A DNA stretch of 64,000 bases from Paragordius varius (Eukaryota > Animalia > Nematomorpha). Location of the stretch: positions 1,674,001 through 1,738,000 of the forward strand of contig OZ176051.1 in NCBI GenBank assembly GCA_964247055.1. The letters are read 5' to 3'. Each line of letters begins with the position of its first letter. Position 1 is the stretch's first letter. The notes beneath the pieces were generated by a model. That model was not told where the DNA came from, did not search any database, and saw nothing but the letters and a program-made list of their open reading frames with translations. Shown one piece after another: positions 27,343-40,400 of the stretch. The translations under genes were made by a program, and so were the position numbers.

Positions 27343-27677
27343 TTAACTTTCTCTCCCAAATACAATAAACAAATTATTTATTTTATTAAATTTTGTGGAT
27401 AAACTTCTATACTTCTCGCCCATCTCTATAATATATAAAGTTATGTCAGAAAACAGATTGTGTATTGAGTCAATCCATTTATTTAGCTGTCCTTCAACGT
27501 CTTCGGAATAAGGGTGATGCTCTCTGAGAATGTGTGCCGTTGATGAAAAGAGCCAGGAAAGAAAAACAGTCGATTCTGAAGGATTCCCCATCTAAACGAT
27601 CATAACGTGTCCTATTGTTTGCACAGGGATAGCCAAATGGTTGACTTCGTGATCACGAGATTCAAAAACGTGACCGC
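27343..27677 (-). pseudogene. Decayed exon of an unidentified gene (right copy)
   Basis: Mirror of 21499-21805. Carries -1 and -2 deletions with a stop between them, then an open FLSWLFSSTAHILREHHPYSEDVEGQLNKWIDSIHNLF...GRES*. Confidence 0.5.
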
Positions 27678-28350
27678 CTGAAAAGTTTAAAAAAAATGTA
27701 AAAAAATTATTGCAGAGAGTTTATTTCCACAAAAGTATAATTTATTTATTTTAATTATATTTTACTCAGTTAATTCATTATTTTAATATATTTATTTAAT
27801 CATATGTAAATTTTATTCGAAATCATCTGTAATTTCCTTATGAAATATTAAAATTAGAAAAAAAGATGTAGGTATCCTTTAAACTTATATATTATAGTAT
27901 GATTTAAAATTTAAGCTAGAAAAAAGCTAAAATATATTGTTATAGAAATGAATGTTTTTTATATTGATTGATAAATGTAATTGTTGATATGCAACTCACT
28001 CCACCGTGGCTTTGCCTAAAAAAGTAAATTCCCAAAGACATTTTACTACGTTTCACATAAACTATTAAAAAAATTCAGAGATTCGCATATCAAAAATTAT
28101 TTGAACACTGCATTGTTAACTACAGCAAAATCAAAAAATCCATAATTTCAACTTGCAAAATGTCAGTAATCATATTTAAAACAACATCTTTTAATGACGA
28201 ACAAATTTAAAAACAGGCTTTTATTAGTTTTAACTTATCCCTATCTAGAAAAACAATTTACGGAGAGAAAATTAATTATCGTAATATTTATTTTAAATTA
28301 GCATATGCTAGTTATCCATTTTGCAATACAGATATATGTTTGCATCTTTG

Positions 28351-28754
28351 CCATTTGCACTTCAAGAGTGTTCTTTAAAGGTTCAAGTTGGTCCTTAAAA
28401 TAAATAAATTTTGATTTAACCATAATTTTTGCATTTATTTTTTTATTTATTAACCTAATTTTCCTTATTTATTAAATATGTATTCATTTAAAAATAAAAT
28501 TTTTTTATGAAAAACCACTTTTTGGTTCTAACTATTTTTTTTAAAAATGAACAAAATTATTGACTTTTAAATGTTTTTAATGAAAAAATTTAATTAATAA
28601 CCCAGAAAACTTATATATTTTTCCATTTCGTGTTAAAATCTTCAAAGATTAAAGGTTAAAAACAATAAAATAGATGAATTATTTACGATTTGATTGATAA
28701 AAAGGTCAAAGGACCAACTTGAAGTGTTCAAGGACACTCTTGAAGTGCAAATGG
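28351..28754. mobile_element. Foldback/MITE-like insertion with 46-bp terminal inverted repeats
   Basis: CCATTTGCACTTCAAGAGTGT... (28351-28396) vs its reverse complement at 28709-28754, 41/46 matches. Absent from the left arm. No clear TSD. Confidence 0.65.
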
Positions 28755-29384
28755 TATATTTATACGTGCCCACGTAAAATTTTCTCCCAAAAAAGTCCGC
28801 GAAAAAAAAGGTTGGACACCCTGGTTTTACATTAATCATTTGCTGATGATAGCGTTGTGTTAATTATATCATATGCCGAAGCGATTTCGCTTTAATGTTA
28901 ATAGACCGGCTTAACAAGGTGAAAACCAAATAAACAAAATCAACTAACTTCTCACACCACATGTGACATGATGCAAAAAAATTTCCCTTGTTACTCTGCT
29001 TTGCGATATTAGATTTGGCGTAAATTTAATATGTATGGCTTTTCCATATTAATGATATTTGAAGAGGTCAAATACTTGCTTTTTAATACACGACAATTGC
29101 AGTGGGTTTTAGTTGATTATCATCCAATAACTCTTTAATTTTTAATCATTTTCGCAGTTGTGCGGTTTATCTGAGCAACCAATCTCTTTCACATTAAAAT
29201 TAATTTAAAATTTAGAAACCAGGAGCACCATAAGTACATACTAGCACGCGATGATTTAAATCGGCTAGCTTCATCCATATAGAAATGCTTTTACACTTAA
29301 TTGTTTACAGGTGATCAAACCAGCAGATATGGTTATCTAAAAATAGTACCTCCACTTCAACTCAGCGTTTGGAGAGTTCATCAA

Positions 29385-29640
29385 AAACTTTATCATTTTT
29401 CCCCTCAACCCGTCAGTATCCTGGGGGAAATTGCCTCAAATTCACAGTTCTCAACTGTGTCATATCTATTGGGTTTGCAAGCACCCAATAAAAGCTTGTC
29501 TCTTCCCTCCCTGGGATTCAATGATCCAAAATGGCTAAGATTTCCAGGGCTTGCTTTCTTCCTTCTTCAAATACTTCCAGAATCCACTCTGGTCTGTAGA
29601 GCCCGTTAACGTTTAAGCTTCCAACTTTTAAAACTACCAA
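29385..29640 (-). pseudogene. APE N-terminal LINE fragment (mirror of 19868-20125)
   Basis: Reverse-complement homology to the left-arm copy. Confidence 0.7.
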
Positions 29641-30498
29641 AGAGGTATCTGCGATAATGTTACATATTTTCTTGTTAATTATAAATATTATAGATAAAAA
29701 AGGGATTAAAGCTATTTATACACACATCATATAAATAAGTCGTTTGAGAGTTATCAAGGAGCTAATTTCGATATTTTTTCATTTTTATATTATTAATATT
29801 TAGTTTAAAATAATAGAAGGTTTAAGAGGCTATATTTGCATATAACCTATACATAAAAATAATTAAACAAAAATTATATTTTAAAGAATCAAACCAGAGT
29901 TAGTAAGAGGTAAAACCATTGTGCATTGTGTATTAGCGATTTTAATTTAAATGTTTTACTAATTTTAATTATAGAGGCAATTTAAATAATTAATTATTGA
30001 CTCAAGAAATTTTATAAAGTGTAGTGTAATTTGTTGAAGAATTAGTTATAAGATAAAGTCTTTTGTTTTGCTGTATAGAAATTCCATATAATTAGGTGTG
30101 ATATTTAGTTATAGTTTGTTATTAAAAAGAAAAGACTAAGTGATGGATACTTATTCAATAAAATAAATGGCTTAAATCCAGAAATGACGACCTAAACATT
30201 GGAATCAATACATGTAGTGAGTTACTTTTTGGGATATGTTGAAATTATGCGCAACGTAAAGACAATATAAAATACGTGATATAGAATATTTAATTTGTTT
30301 GTCGTAATTAATAAAGGAAGTGGTGTCAACTGAAACTTTTTCCAGTCATTAATTAATTTTTAAAATTACCTCTATAAATAAATTTAGTAATCTAACTATA
30401 GTTCAATTCCCTACATTTATATTTCTCTTTTAATCCCTTTTATATCATTAATAATTATAATTAGTAATAAACTATGTAAAACTATTGCAACTACCTCT

Positions 30499-30820
30499 TT
30501 GGTAGCTTTAAAAGTTGGAAGCCTAAACGTTAATGGGCTCTACAGCCCAGAGAGGATTCTGGAAGTTTTTGAAGAAGGAAGAACGCAATCCCTGGAAATC
30601 TTAGCCATTCAGGATCATCGGATCCCGGCGACGATGGAAAGGAAAGGAAGAGGTTTCAAGCTTTTCTTGGGTGCTTGCAAACCCAATGGCTACGCAGGAT
30701 GTGGGTTCCTATTAAACAGTATAAAACTGTGAGTTTGAGGTGATTATCTCCCCCAGGATAGAGAGGGTTAAATGCACACTGGGGGGAAGGAGACTGCTGC
30801 TGTGTACGCTCGCACAACTC
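30499..30820 (+). pseudogene. APE N-terminal LINE fragment (mirror of 18690-19011)
   Basis: The 77-aa ORF is identical to 18778-19011. Confidence 0.75.
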
Positions 30821-32389
30821 AGCTAAATAATAAATTATTATCATTTTTACAAAATGTGTGGCTAATATACCAGTCTAATAATTTCGTGCGGACAAAAGAT
30901 TCTTTCACAAATCCCAAATTTAGAAAAATTAAAATATATAGGCATGTGTAAAATAGCGCACTAATGTTTTATATCTTTTAATCATAAAATATATTTTTTA
31001 AATTTTGAGATATCATTTTAAAAAAATGTCAAATTTATATTTTTTGTTATTTTAACGAAAACACATGCCACATGAAGATAATAGCTTTGATTCAAAAATA
31101 TTAACATTTAGAATGGAAAAAGCCAAGCTGATTACTTTAATTACACATAATATTTGACAAAATTAGTATCGATATTTATTTATTCCTTCTGGATTATTAA
31201 TTTTTATTGTATAAAATATCAAGTGTGGAAAGGGGATTTTTTTATCCAATATAAAAAAATGTTTTCTACTAATTATAACCACGGTTTTGTTAGCTATTAG
31301 CAAAGTGTACAAGTTATCATTTTATCTTGTTGTTGACCTTGAAAATTAGAGCCCAATAATTAATGTTAAGGTGAACATTATAACAAGGGACAATTGTAAA
31401 TTAAAATCGGGTAATAAAAAAAAATTATTACAAATAACAAAATATGAACAAATATTAAATTGACTCAAATGGGACTCAGTTAAAATTAAATTATGTAAAT
31501 TAAAAAACATAAAATATATTACGATTTCTTCCATATGAAATGCTAATGAGTTTTCATGCCCTATCAAAGTCTAATAAGTTTGCCATATAAACGAAGTTTA
31601 TGGTTTTCTATCAATAACTCATATATCTCCCCAAACTTTCAAATATAAGTGGCGAATGCTAAAATATTGAAATAAATAAATATTAAAAAGTATGCCATGA
31701 AGCAATAAAAGAGCGTAGGCCAATTATCTTTTTATTTTAAAATGCTTTGAACTTGGCCGAGAATAAGGTTCTCCAAAAAATAGTTTAACTAAAAAATATC
31801 AGCCCACTTCGATTGATAAGCCATGTATTTCGTAAATAGTAAGAGTTAATAGGTAAAACCAATTTTTTTCCTCTTTCTATCATAGTTATGTATATATAGC
31901 ATAGTTATTAATTTTAATTAGAGACACCCACAAATGTTATAAATTCCCGCATATAATGAATTTAAACTACAAAAGATTGAGTAAAAAATAGTTTATGCGC
32001 ACCACAAAGTTATTTTTTGGAAAATATATAATTTATTATTTTAAAGATAGTATTTCTTTTTTTGATTCTAACTAAAAACTAGAACGCTATTTAAAAATGA
32101 ATAAATGTATGGTAACAAAAAAAGAAGTTGCTTTAATAACGCTTTTTTAAAAATTGCTTAAGGGAAGATAGCTAACTATAGCTAGAGATATTGGAACTTA
32201 ATCAGATACAAAGTGGAAATTAATCTTAAGTTTAATCTGCGGTTACTAAAAGTATCTTATATATTAAAATTAATTTTTAAAGATTGTGTATTTGTCATTA
32301 CCCAAGAATGCCATTGAAATTATTCCAAATTACAATTTTAATATAGAATCTTTATTAAAAGTGAATAGTCAAATGCCTCGGTTCTTAAA

Positions 32390-34400
32390 TTAACAAAAAT
32401 CATCTCTAAAGCTCTATTAACCCTTCTTCAGCGCACTTGTAGAGCTCAGTCGGAATCTATAAGGTCAGCATGCTTTATTGCATTTGGCATAAGAGACTCT
32501 GTTGTAGAAATCGGCTAGAGCGCTTGCTTTGATCCCTTTGATACTACTTTGCTTAGGCGTATTCAGGTTTATGCTGGCAAATCTTCCACAGTTTGACTTG
32601 ATCTCCTTGATGAGGGTCGCAGCTGTCTTCAGGTCGTTATCCTTCATTGATCTATTTATGGATACAGATATATTATGGTAATACGAAATTTTTATTTTTT
32701 GACCAATTTTGTTATTTTTTTTGATTTTATCCTAAACTGGTTTGCTCTTCTTTTGAGGCTGTTTTTTTGTTTATCTTTTTGTGTAACCTATGTTTAACCT
32801 TAATGAGTTTAAAAAGTGTGCGCCAGCCGCAGTCTGCCCACGGGGGCGGAGGTGGGCACATGTCAGTTTCCCTAGTATTAAAATTTAATTTTAGTGTATC
32901 TTTTAATAAGTTAATTTTATCATTCAAATTTTTAAACTTATCCTAATTTTTTAACCCTTCGCCTGTATTTTTTCAAACTGTTTTCTTAAAAAGAATTTTT
33001 ACCTAAGGCCTGCAGGGAAGGTTTTGCTTTTTGTTTGAAAATTTTTTTTTAATCCCGTTAGGCGGGCTACATCCTATACAGCCTATAATTATTTTATGGT
33101 CGGTCTTGAAACCACCTTTGGTCTCAACGTCCCTAAATTCAGCCATACTGGGTTTGCTGGCCAATATTCAGTCGAGTGTTAAAGCTTTCCCGGTAGGATG
33201 GAACCAACTCGCTTTCTTTGCAAAGCTTTTCTTAAAGGTGCTTGCAACGTCTTTTATTTTGTATTTCAAACATTTATAATGCCTTCTTTGTGGATCTGTT
33301 TGTCCCGATGTTATGGTTTCCAATAACCTTACTGTAGCCTGTAATTTCTTTTCCAATCTCACAGTTAAAGTTGCTGATGACTGTTGAAGATAAGTGGAAG
33401 TGTGTTTGAAAAACGGGATGAACGATGTTGCCAGCACTTTTAAAAAAGTTTCAAGAAGAAAGTCAGGTGGTTTTATGCAAATGGGAAAGCTTTTACACTT
33501 TATCGGATACTGGCCACCACACCTTGCATTGCTGGTTTCAGTGACTTTGAAACCAAGGACACTGATTTTAAGACTGACCATATAATGATAATAGGCTGGA
33601 TAGACTGTAACGGGCATAATGAAATTTTATTTTTATAAAAAGCTAAACCTTCCCTGCAGTCTTTAGGTAAAAATTTATTATTTAGAAAACAATTTGAAAA
33701 GAATACAAGCGAAGGGTTAAAATAACTAGATAAGTCTAAAAATCTAATAATAAAATTGGTTTAATAAAACAAATACTAAAATCAAATTTCAATACTAGGG
33801 GAACCGACATGTGCTCATCTCCGCCCCCGTGGGCAGACTGCGGCTGGCGCACACTTTTTAAACTCATTAAGGTTAAACATAGGTTACACAAAAAGATAAA
33901 CAAAAAAACAGCCTCAAAAGAAGAGCAAACCAGTTTAGGATAAAATCAAAAAAAATAACAAAATTGGTCAAAAAATAAAAATTTCGTATTACCATAATAT
34001 ATCTGTATCCATAAATAGATCAATGAAGGATAACGACCTGAAGACGGCTGCGACCCTCATCAAGGAGATTAACTCAAACTGCGGAAGATTCGCTGGCCTA
34101 AACCTGAAGACGCCCAAGCAAAGCTGCATCAAAGGGATCAAAGCAAGCCTTCTAGCCGACTTCTACAAGGAACTCTATGACGTGAGACCAGCCAAGACGA
34201 TCGACAACGCCTTCACCCCGGAAGAACAACCGGAGCTAGACCGAGTACCCACAAAAGAAGAAATCAGGGTTTCTTTGGCTACTATGCCAACAGCTAAGGC
34301 ATGCGGACCTGACAATGTTCCGATTAAGTTTTATAAGTACGCTAGAGAAGGATTAATAGGGCTCTAAAAATAATTTTTGCAAACGTGGGAGACAGTTTAC
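32390..34400. pseudogene. Head-to-head pair of LINE APE-end/linker/RT-start fragments (right-arm hairpin)
   Basis: MKDNDLKTAA ORFs at 32465-32647 (-) and 34023-34367 (+, PTKEEIRVSLATMPTAKACGPDNVPIKFYKY). The interior is a direct copy of 15.4-16.8 kb. Confidence 0.8.
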
Positions 34401-35323
34401 TTAACTTGGAAGGAGGCAAACGTGCGCCATACAAAAAGGCAAGAAAGTTAAAAATGACCTAAAATTTTATCAAAATCATTTTATTGTGAAGCATCATTAA
34501 AGTAAAATATTCTTTAATTTTAGGATAATTTATTATAAAATAAAGCTTATTTAAAATATAATTGAAACTCGTGGCCATAAAAATCAATCGGGTATTAAGA
34601 ATTTAATAAAAGGATATAGTAAAGAATTAAGTTATTTATAAAAAATTACCATCAAATAGGCTTAAGAAACTAAATATTTTACGACTGTGTCCATATAAAC
34701 GCTAATAGTTTTGCTGCAATAAACAAGGTTATAGTTTTAATCCATAATTAATACATCTTTCCAATCCTTCCAAAATAAACCTTTAAAATATTAAGATAAA
34801 TATTACGTGTGGATTGGATTCAACAAAAAGGAAATATAAAATACGTCTGTAAGCGCGAAAATAGTATTAGGCACAAATAAAATAAATTTTATTTTAGATT
34901 CAAAAAAATATAATAAGCTGCCAATTTATATTGTTCATATATGTTATATTAGACAAAATTACTATAAAAAATTTATGATATATTTGACAAAAGTTAAGAT
35001 ATCTCTATGTAATAATAGTTTTATAACACATTAAATTCTAAAGTCGGGTTTCATTAGCTATCTAGCTTATAAAATTTGTTAACACAACATTAATTTTTTT
35101 GCTTGCGATTTTATTTTGGGGTAGATTATAAATTAAAAATAAACAACTCTCAGTTTTCTCCTGTTTTATATAAAAAACTTAATTTCTATTCGACTTTTAG
35201 CCTTCGATATTAAGTCTCATTTGATTTAATAATTAATTAGCTGTAAAACGGATTGTAAAAGATAACAGTACAAATACGGTTTCTCCTTTGTATGAAAAGT
35301 GTCCACAAAAAATCATGAATATA

Positions 35324-35371
<48 letters not shown>

Positions 35372-35749
35372 TCCTGATAAGAAGACATATCAGGATCATA
35401 GTGGTGTTAAATTTGGATCTTGCGAGTGATATTAGAGAGTTATTTCACTTTTATATAACTTCATTATAAGTAAAAATGGTAAAATTTGCGCATTTTTTTT
35501 ACATTATTTGTGAAAGTTAAATGATTATTCCAAAAATATCATCAAAATACGTCAAAAAACTACATATAGATAGCAAAATATTAAAAATTTTTAGATGTGG
35601 GTTCAGATTTCCCAAATTTTTTAACCCTCCTAAAATTGATTAGTTTTGAAAACGCAAAAATACCGAAATTGCGCAACATATATTTAAAATTTATGTCATA
35701 CTATTTTGCTTAAGACTTCGAATAAATTGGGGTATCTAAATGCCTCAGT

Positions 35750-37345
35750 CTATAAGTAAATTGATATTTTTAAAAAAACTCTGAAAGAAACCGTTACGAT
35801 TTAATTTATGCTTATAACCTTATGAAAGCTGAATTATTAAAAAATAATTTAGTTTAAAAAAAGTTCCATATCAAACTACTTCGACGCCATTTTTATACAA
35901 ATTCTTGCAAAATATCTTTTATTTAACACTTGGATACAACACATTCGTTTTAGTCCTTCGATTCGAATTAGGGAGTTTATTAGATCAGGCTTGTTTAAAA
36001 TTAAATTCCTTGAAAATTATAGAAGGAATCGAGGCAAAATACTTATATAACTTTAATAAACCGAAATATATAAAAAAATTTATACAAAAATACTTGCTAA
36101 ACCCGAAAGGTAAATATTTAGTCAACGCGATATGTGTGCTATGGTAAAATTGATAAATAATACAAAATACATCCCTTTTTCTATTTCTATGTTAGATCTA
36201 ATATAAATAAAAAATATACTTTAATTTTACCCTTAACACTTGGATACAACACATTCATTTTAGTCCTTCGATTCGAATTGGGGTAGTTGGATACCCCAGG
36301 CCTATTTAAAATTAAATTCTTTAAAAATTATAAATGGAATCGAAACCATGGCAAAATTTTGCAATTATCTAACATTAATAAACCGAAATATATAAGAAAT
36401 TTTATTCAAAAATACTTGATATTACTTATTTTAAGCTAAAACCGAAAGGTAAAATTTCGTCAACGTGACATGTGTCAAATTGTAAAATTGAAAAATTATA
36501 CAAACTAAAACGCTTTTTCTATTTCTATCAATGTTAGATGTAATTTATATAAAAAATTAGCTTTAGTTTTACCTTTAAACTTAAATAAAGACGATATTTT
36601 GCAAAAATTTTGTAAAATAAAAATGGCGTCGAAGTATCGAGGAGCTTTTTTTTTCAAAACAAAATTTTATCAAGATGTTTTGGCATATTTATATAATATT
36701 TATCAGGATAGAAGCATTAATTTAAATTGGGACCGTTTCCTTCAGTAGTTTTTTAAAAATATTAATTTAAATTTAGTCTGGGGTATTTAGATACCCCAAT
36801 TTGAATCAAAGTGTTAAAATTAAATTTGGACGATATTTTGCAAAGATTTTGTAAAATAAAAATGGCGTCGAAATAGTTTGACATGAATTTTTTTTAAATA
36901 AAATTTTATTTAGATATTATGGCATATTTATATAATTTTTATTAAGATAGAAGCCTAAATTTAAATTGGGACCGTTTCCTTAAGTAATTTTTTGAAATCC
37001 TAAATCAAATTGAGTCTGGGTTTTTAGAACATTCCAATTTGAATCGGTGTTAATTCTAACGCTTAATTTAAAATTTATATTTATCACATCTAAGATTAGA
37101 AATGCAAAAAGTTGTTCTGTTTTATTTTTATATTTAGCTAATGCACACATGTCATATTGATGAAATTTTACCTTAAAATAATAATATTAAGTATTTTCGA
37201 ATCAAAATTTTTAATATTTCGATTTATTAATGTTGCATAAGTGCAAACTTTTGCCATTATTCCAATTCCTTTTATATTTATTGAAGTATTTAATTTTAAA
37301 CAGGCCTGCGGTTTTCAACTATCCCAATTTGAATCAAAGGACTGA
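35750..37345. mobile_element. Cluster of nested piggyBac-like MITEs (right arm)
   Basis: TTAA|CACTTGGATAC starts near 35925 and at 36233-36237. Mirrors 12700-13740 plus one extra insertion. Confidence 0.75.
36237..36813 (+). mobile_element. Full-length piggyBac-like MITE (577 bp) inserted after the duplication
   Basis: TTAA at 36233-36236 and 36814-36817. The mirror position in the left arm has a single empty TTAA (13184-13187). Confidence 0.9.
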
Positions 37346-38969
37346 AATGAATTTGTATAGTGTTAAAGTAGCAAACAAATTACTGTTTCGAAAGTTGTTT
37401 TGATTAAAATTTAATTACCAAACCCTGTTCTCCCATATTATCTAAAAAACCTTAGAATTTTTACTTTGAAGAGTTCCGAATTCAGAAGCCCCAAAACACG
37501 ATTGGAACGAACATCTCATAATAAATTGTTATAAAATATTTGTTGGTATATTGTGAATAAGAAGATTTTCAAAGTTAATTATATATATTTGTTCAACCAT
37601 AATATACATTTAGTTTGTTGTTTTCACAAATTGATGAGGATTTTTCAAGATTCATTAATAATATTTTTATATGATGCACCTAAAACGTTAAGGAAAGTAT
37701 ATTTTTTGGCCCAATGCTAAGCATGTTATAAGATATTTAAATTTTAAATCGCCTTGGGGTATAAAACTACCAAAAAGGTCTGAACTGTTATAATGTGTTT
37801 TTGAAAAATTTAACAGAAAAGGAACCTGATGATAGAAATGTTTAACATTAACGAATTATGTATAAAAAGTATTTATACCAATTAGGGTCTTTATAGTAGA
37901 AGTAGACTTCAACTGCTATATTTTATTTAAAATCTATTTTGAAAAAAAAAATTTAGCCTAGATTTAAAATTTATATCATCCAATTTCATTTTCATGTATA
38001 TTTTAAAGAATTTGACTATTTTAGAAGGACGAAAAAATTTGAGACTTTCGGAGTACACATCTAAAAATAAAAGTTTAATTAAAATATTGCTTTTTATGCT
38101 TAGTTTATGATATATTTTATGATATTAATTGGAATGAACCATATTAGCTATCTCCAAAATATTTTTATTTTATCGCAAGTTTTGCCATTTTTTAACATGG
38201 TCCAGTTACTCATATTGATACATTTTCCTACAAGAATGTATATATTGACAGGAATTTTTTTATTCTCCCCTGATTTTGAACGCAGTGTATAAAATATATT
38301 AATGCAATAAACATATAATATACATTTTTTAATCTTATATATCTAAAATTACACAATGATTTTATAGAATAGAGGCAGGATTTACTATTGATTATCTGTG
38401 ATTCGGTCCGTCACTCGCAATACTTCTCTAAATTTCCTGAAAGTAAGCCTTTTTTCCAGAATTGCGGTTTAAAAGGTATAGCACATCCATCCTACACAAT
38501 AATTTACATTATGCACACCCTCTCCCATGGTAAATGGTTCCAATATAAAACTCTTTTAATTATTTTGCCAGAATTTTATTGCGAGCATGTTGAATTGTTT
38601 CCTATATAATCTTTAAAATGAGCCACAAAAATATATAGCCCCATCAACCTTTGTAATTTACATTTTTAGTTACTTTTGTTTGGAGGTTAGTTTTATATTA
38701 ATTTAATTCATGGCACAATTACATTTTAAAGTAATGTGAACAGATATTTTAAACCCTGACGCAGTAAATTTATTCTCTTTGATTACAAGGATTTAATTAA
38801 TATAACACTTTATAGTATTATGTAGGCTGAATCAGTATGTTTTAGAATGATATGATGTAATATCAGCAAATTAATAATAAATTTATTAATGAATTTTAGT
38901 TAGATTCCTCTAACTTCTTCAGATCATAAAAATAAAATTAAAATAAAGATACAAAATAAAATTATAAAA

Positions 38970-40173
38970 TCCATATATTTATAAAAATGGAAAATGCTGG
39001 CTTTGTGATCTGGTACAGGAAAACCGGTAGACCCATTCGAATCCAAACTTTGAAAAAATATAATCATTAATGAATGCCCCGACAATAGCTTCGCCCTTTT
39101 TTGAAATAGGCCCCCACGGGCCCACCCCGTAAAAACGGGTTTATTTGAAAACAGAAGTCCACAAAAATCGTGTCTTTGAGACAATTTTCCGAATAACGTG
39201 TTGGACCATTCAATTTCAAATATGATTTTTATTTACCTATTTTCGATTGCGCCGAACATAGTCGACACACTTTTTTAATTTAGGCCCTCTTTTTACCCGC
39301 TCCCCCCGTAAAATGCCATTTTTTGCAAAAACAAAGTCCACAAAAATAATTTTTTAAATCTATTTTTCGCCCTAGGTATGAGACCGTAAAAATTCAATAT
39401 GGATTCCACGTATTCCCTGTTAAAAGGCAATAATTTTAGTCAGGCGTTTCTTTGATGATAGCTGCTGGGTAAGGAGCTACCCGCTAAAAACTGATTCCTC
39501 ATGTAACATTGTGATCTGTTTCTTAAAACCGGTGAACCCAATCAAATCCAAATATCGAAAAAATATAATCATAAATAAATGTACCATCAATAGCTTCGCC
39601 CTTTTTTGGAATTAGGTCCCCAGTTCGGGCCCACCCCGTGTGAAAAATGGGTTAAGTCAGCTTTTTGGAGAACGTGTTGGACCATTCAATTTCAAATATG
39701 ATTTTTGTTTACTTATATTTGATCTCGCGAACATAGTCGACTCACTTTTTTGATTTAGGCCCTCTTTTTACCCGCTACCCCCTAAAATGCATTTTTTTCA
39801 AAAAAAAACAAAGTCCACAAAAATAATTTTTGGATTGTATTTTTTTGCCCAAGGTATGAGACTGTAAAAATTCGATAAGGATTTTTCGTATTCCCTGTTA
39901 AAAGGCAAAAATTTTAGTCAGGCGTTTCTTTGAGCTGCTGAGTAAGGATTTTCTATCATATGTATAAATATTTTTTTAAATCTATTTTTCCCCCAAGTAA
40001 ACAATAAATGTATGAATGCACCGTTGTAAAATTCCTATGAGATCATAGCTATTAAATAATGTTTCGAAATAATCCACATATGTGGATCATTTTATTGTCC
40101 CTTATTTCAAATAACCCCCCCAGAAGTCCGAAGGACTTCCTCGGGCTGCGTAGCAGCACGAGATTTACGCTAG
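38970..40173 (+). mobile_element. Non-autonomous Helitron (1204 bp) with an internal ~475 bp duplication
   Basis: A|TCCATATATTTATAAAAATGG ... GAAGTCC-GAA-GGACTTC and GCTGC-GTA-GCAGC hairpins ... ACGCTAG|T. Internal repeat starts at ~39197 and ~39672. Confidence 0.85.
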
Positions 40174-40177
40174 TATT

Positions 40178-40400
40178 TTATAAAAATAAAGATGTATATT
40201 TATTTATGAAAAATTCCGATACTGGGTTGATGTGATTAATATCTTTTTGTCTGTTTATTAATTTATCTTCATTATTTATATAATAACTTTCTTTTAATGA
40301 TCTTTTAGTATTATTTTCTTCTTTATCTAAAATCTCAACGTTATCCCAATCAATTTTGTGTATTAATAAAGACATGAAAAATTAAAATGATAATAATTGA
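40178..40400 (-). pseudogene. Penelope-like element GIY-YIG C-terminal fragment
   Basis: HKIDWDNVEILDKEENNTKRSLKESYYIN...INRQ resembles the HxIDWxNxxILxKExxxxKRxxKEsxxI tail of Penelope-type endonucleases. Confidence 0.6.

Noticed and set aside
38380-38650. GC-richer stretch possibly from a LINE 3' region
   Set aside because: No convincing motif in any frame, so it was left unannotated.
37583-38980. 1.4 kb right-arm segment flanked by ATATATTT as a hAT insertion with an 8-bp TSD
   Set aside because: There are no terminal inverted repeats and the 8-mer is low complexity in very AT-rich DNA. The segment's origin is unresolved.
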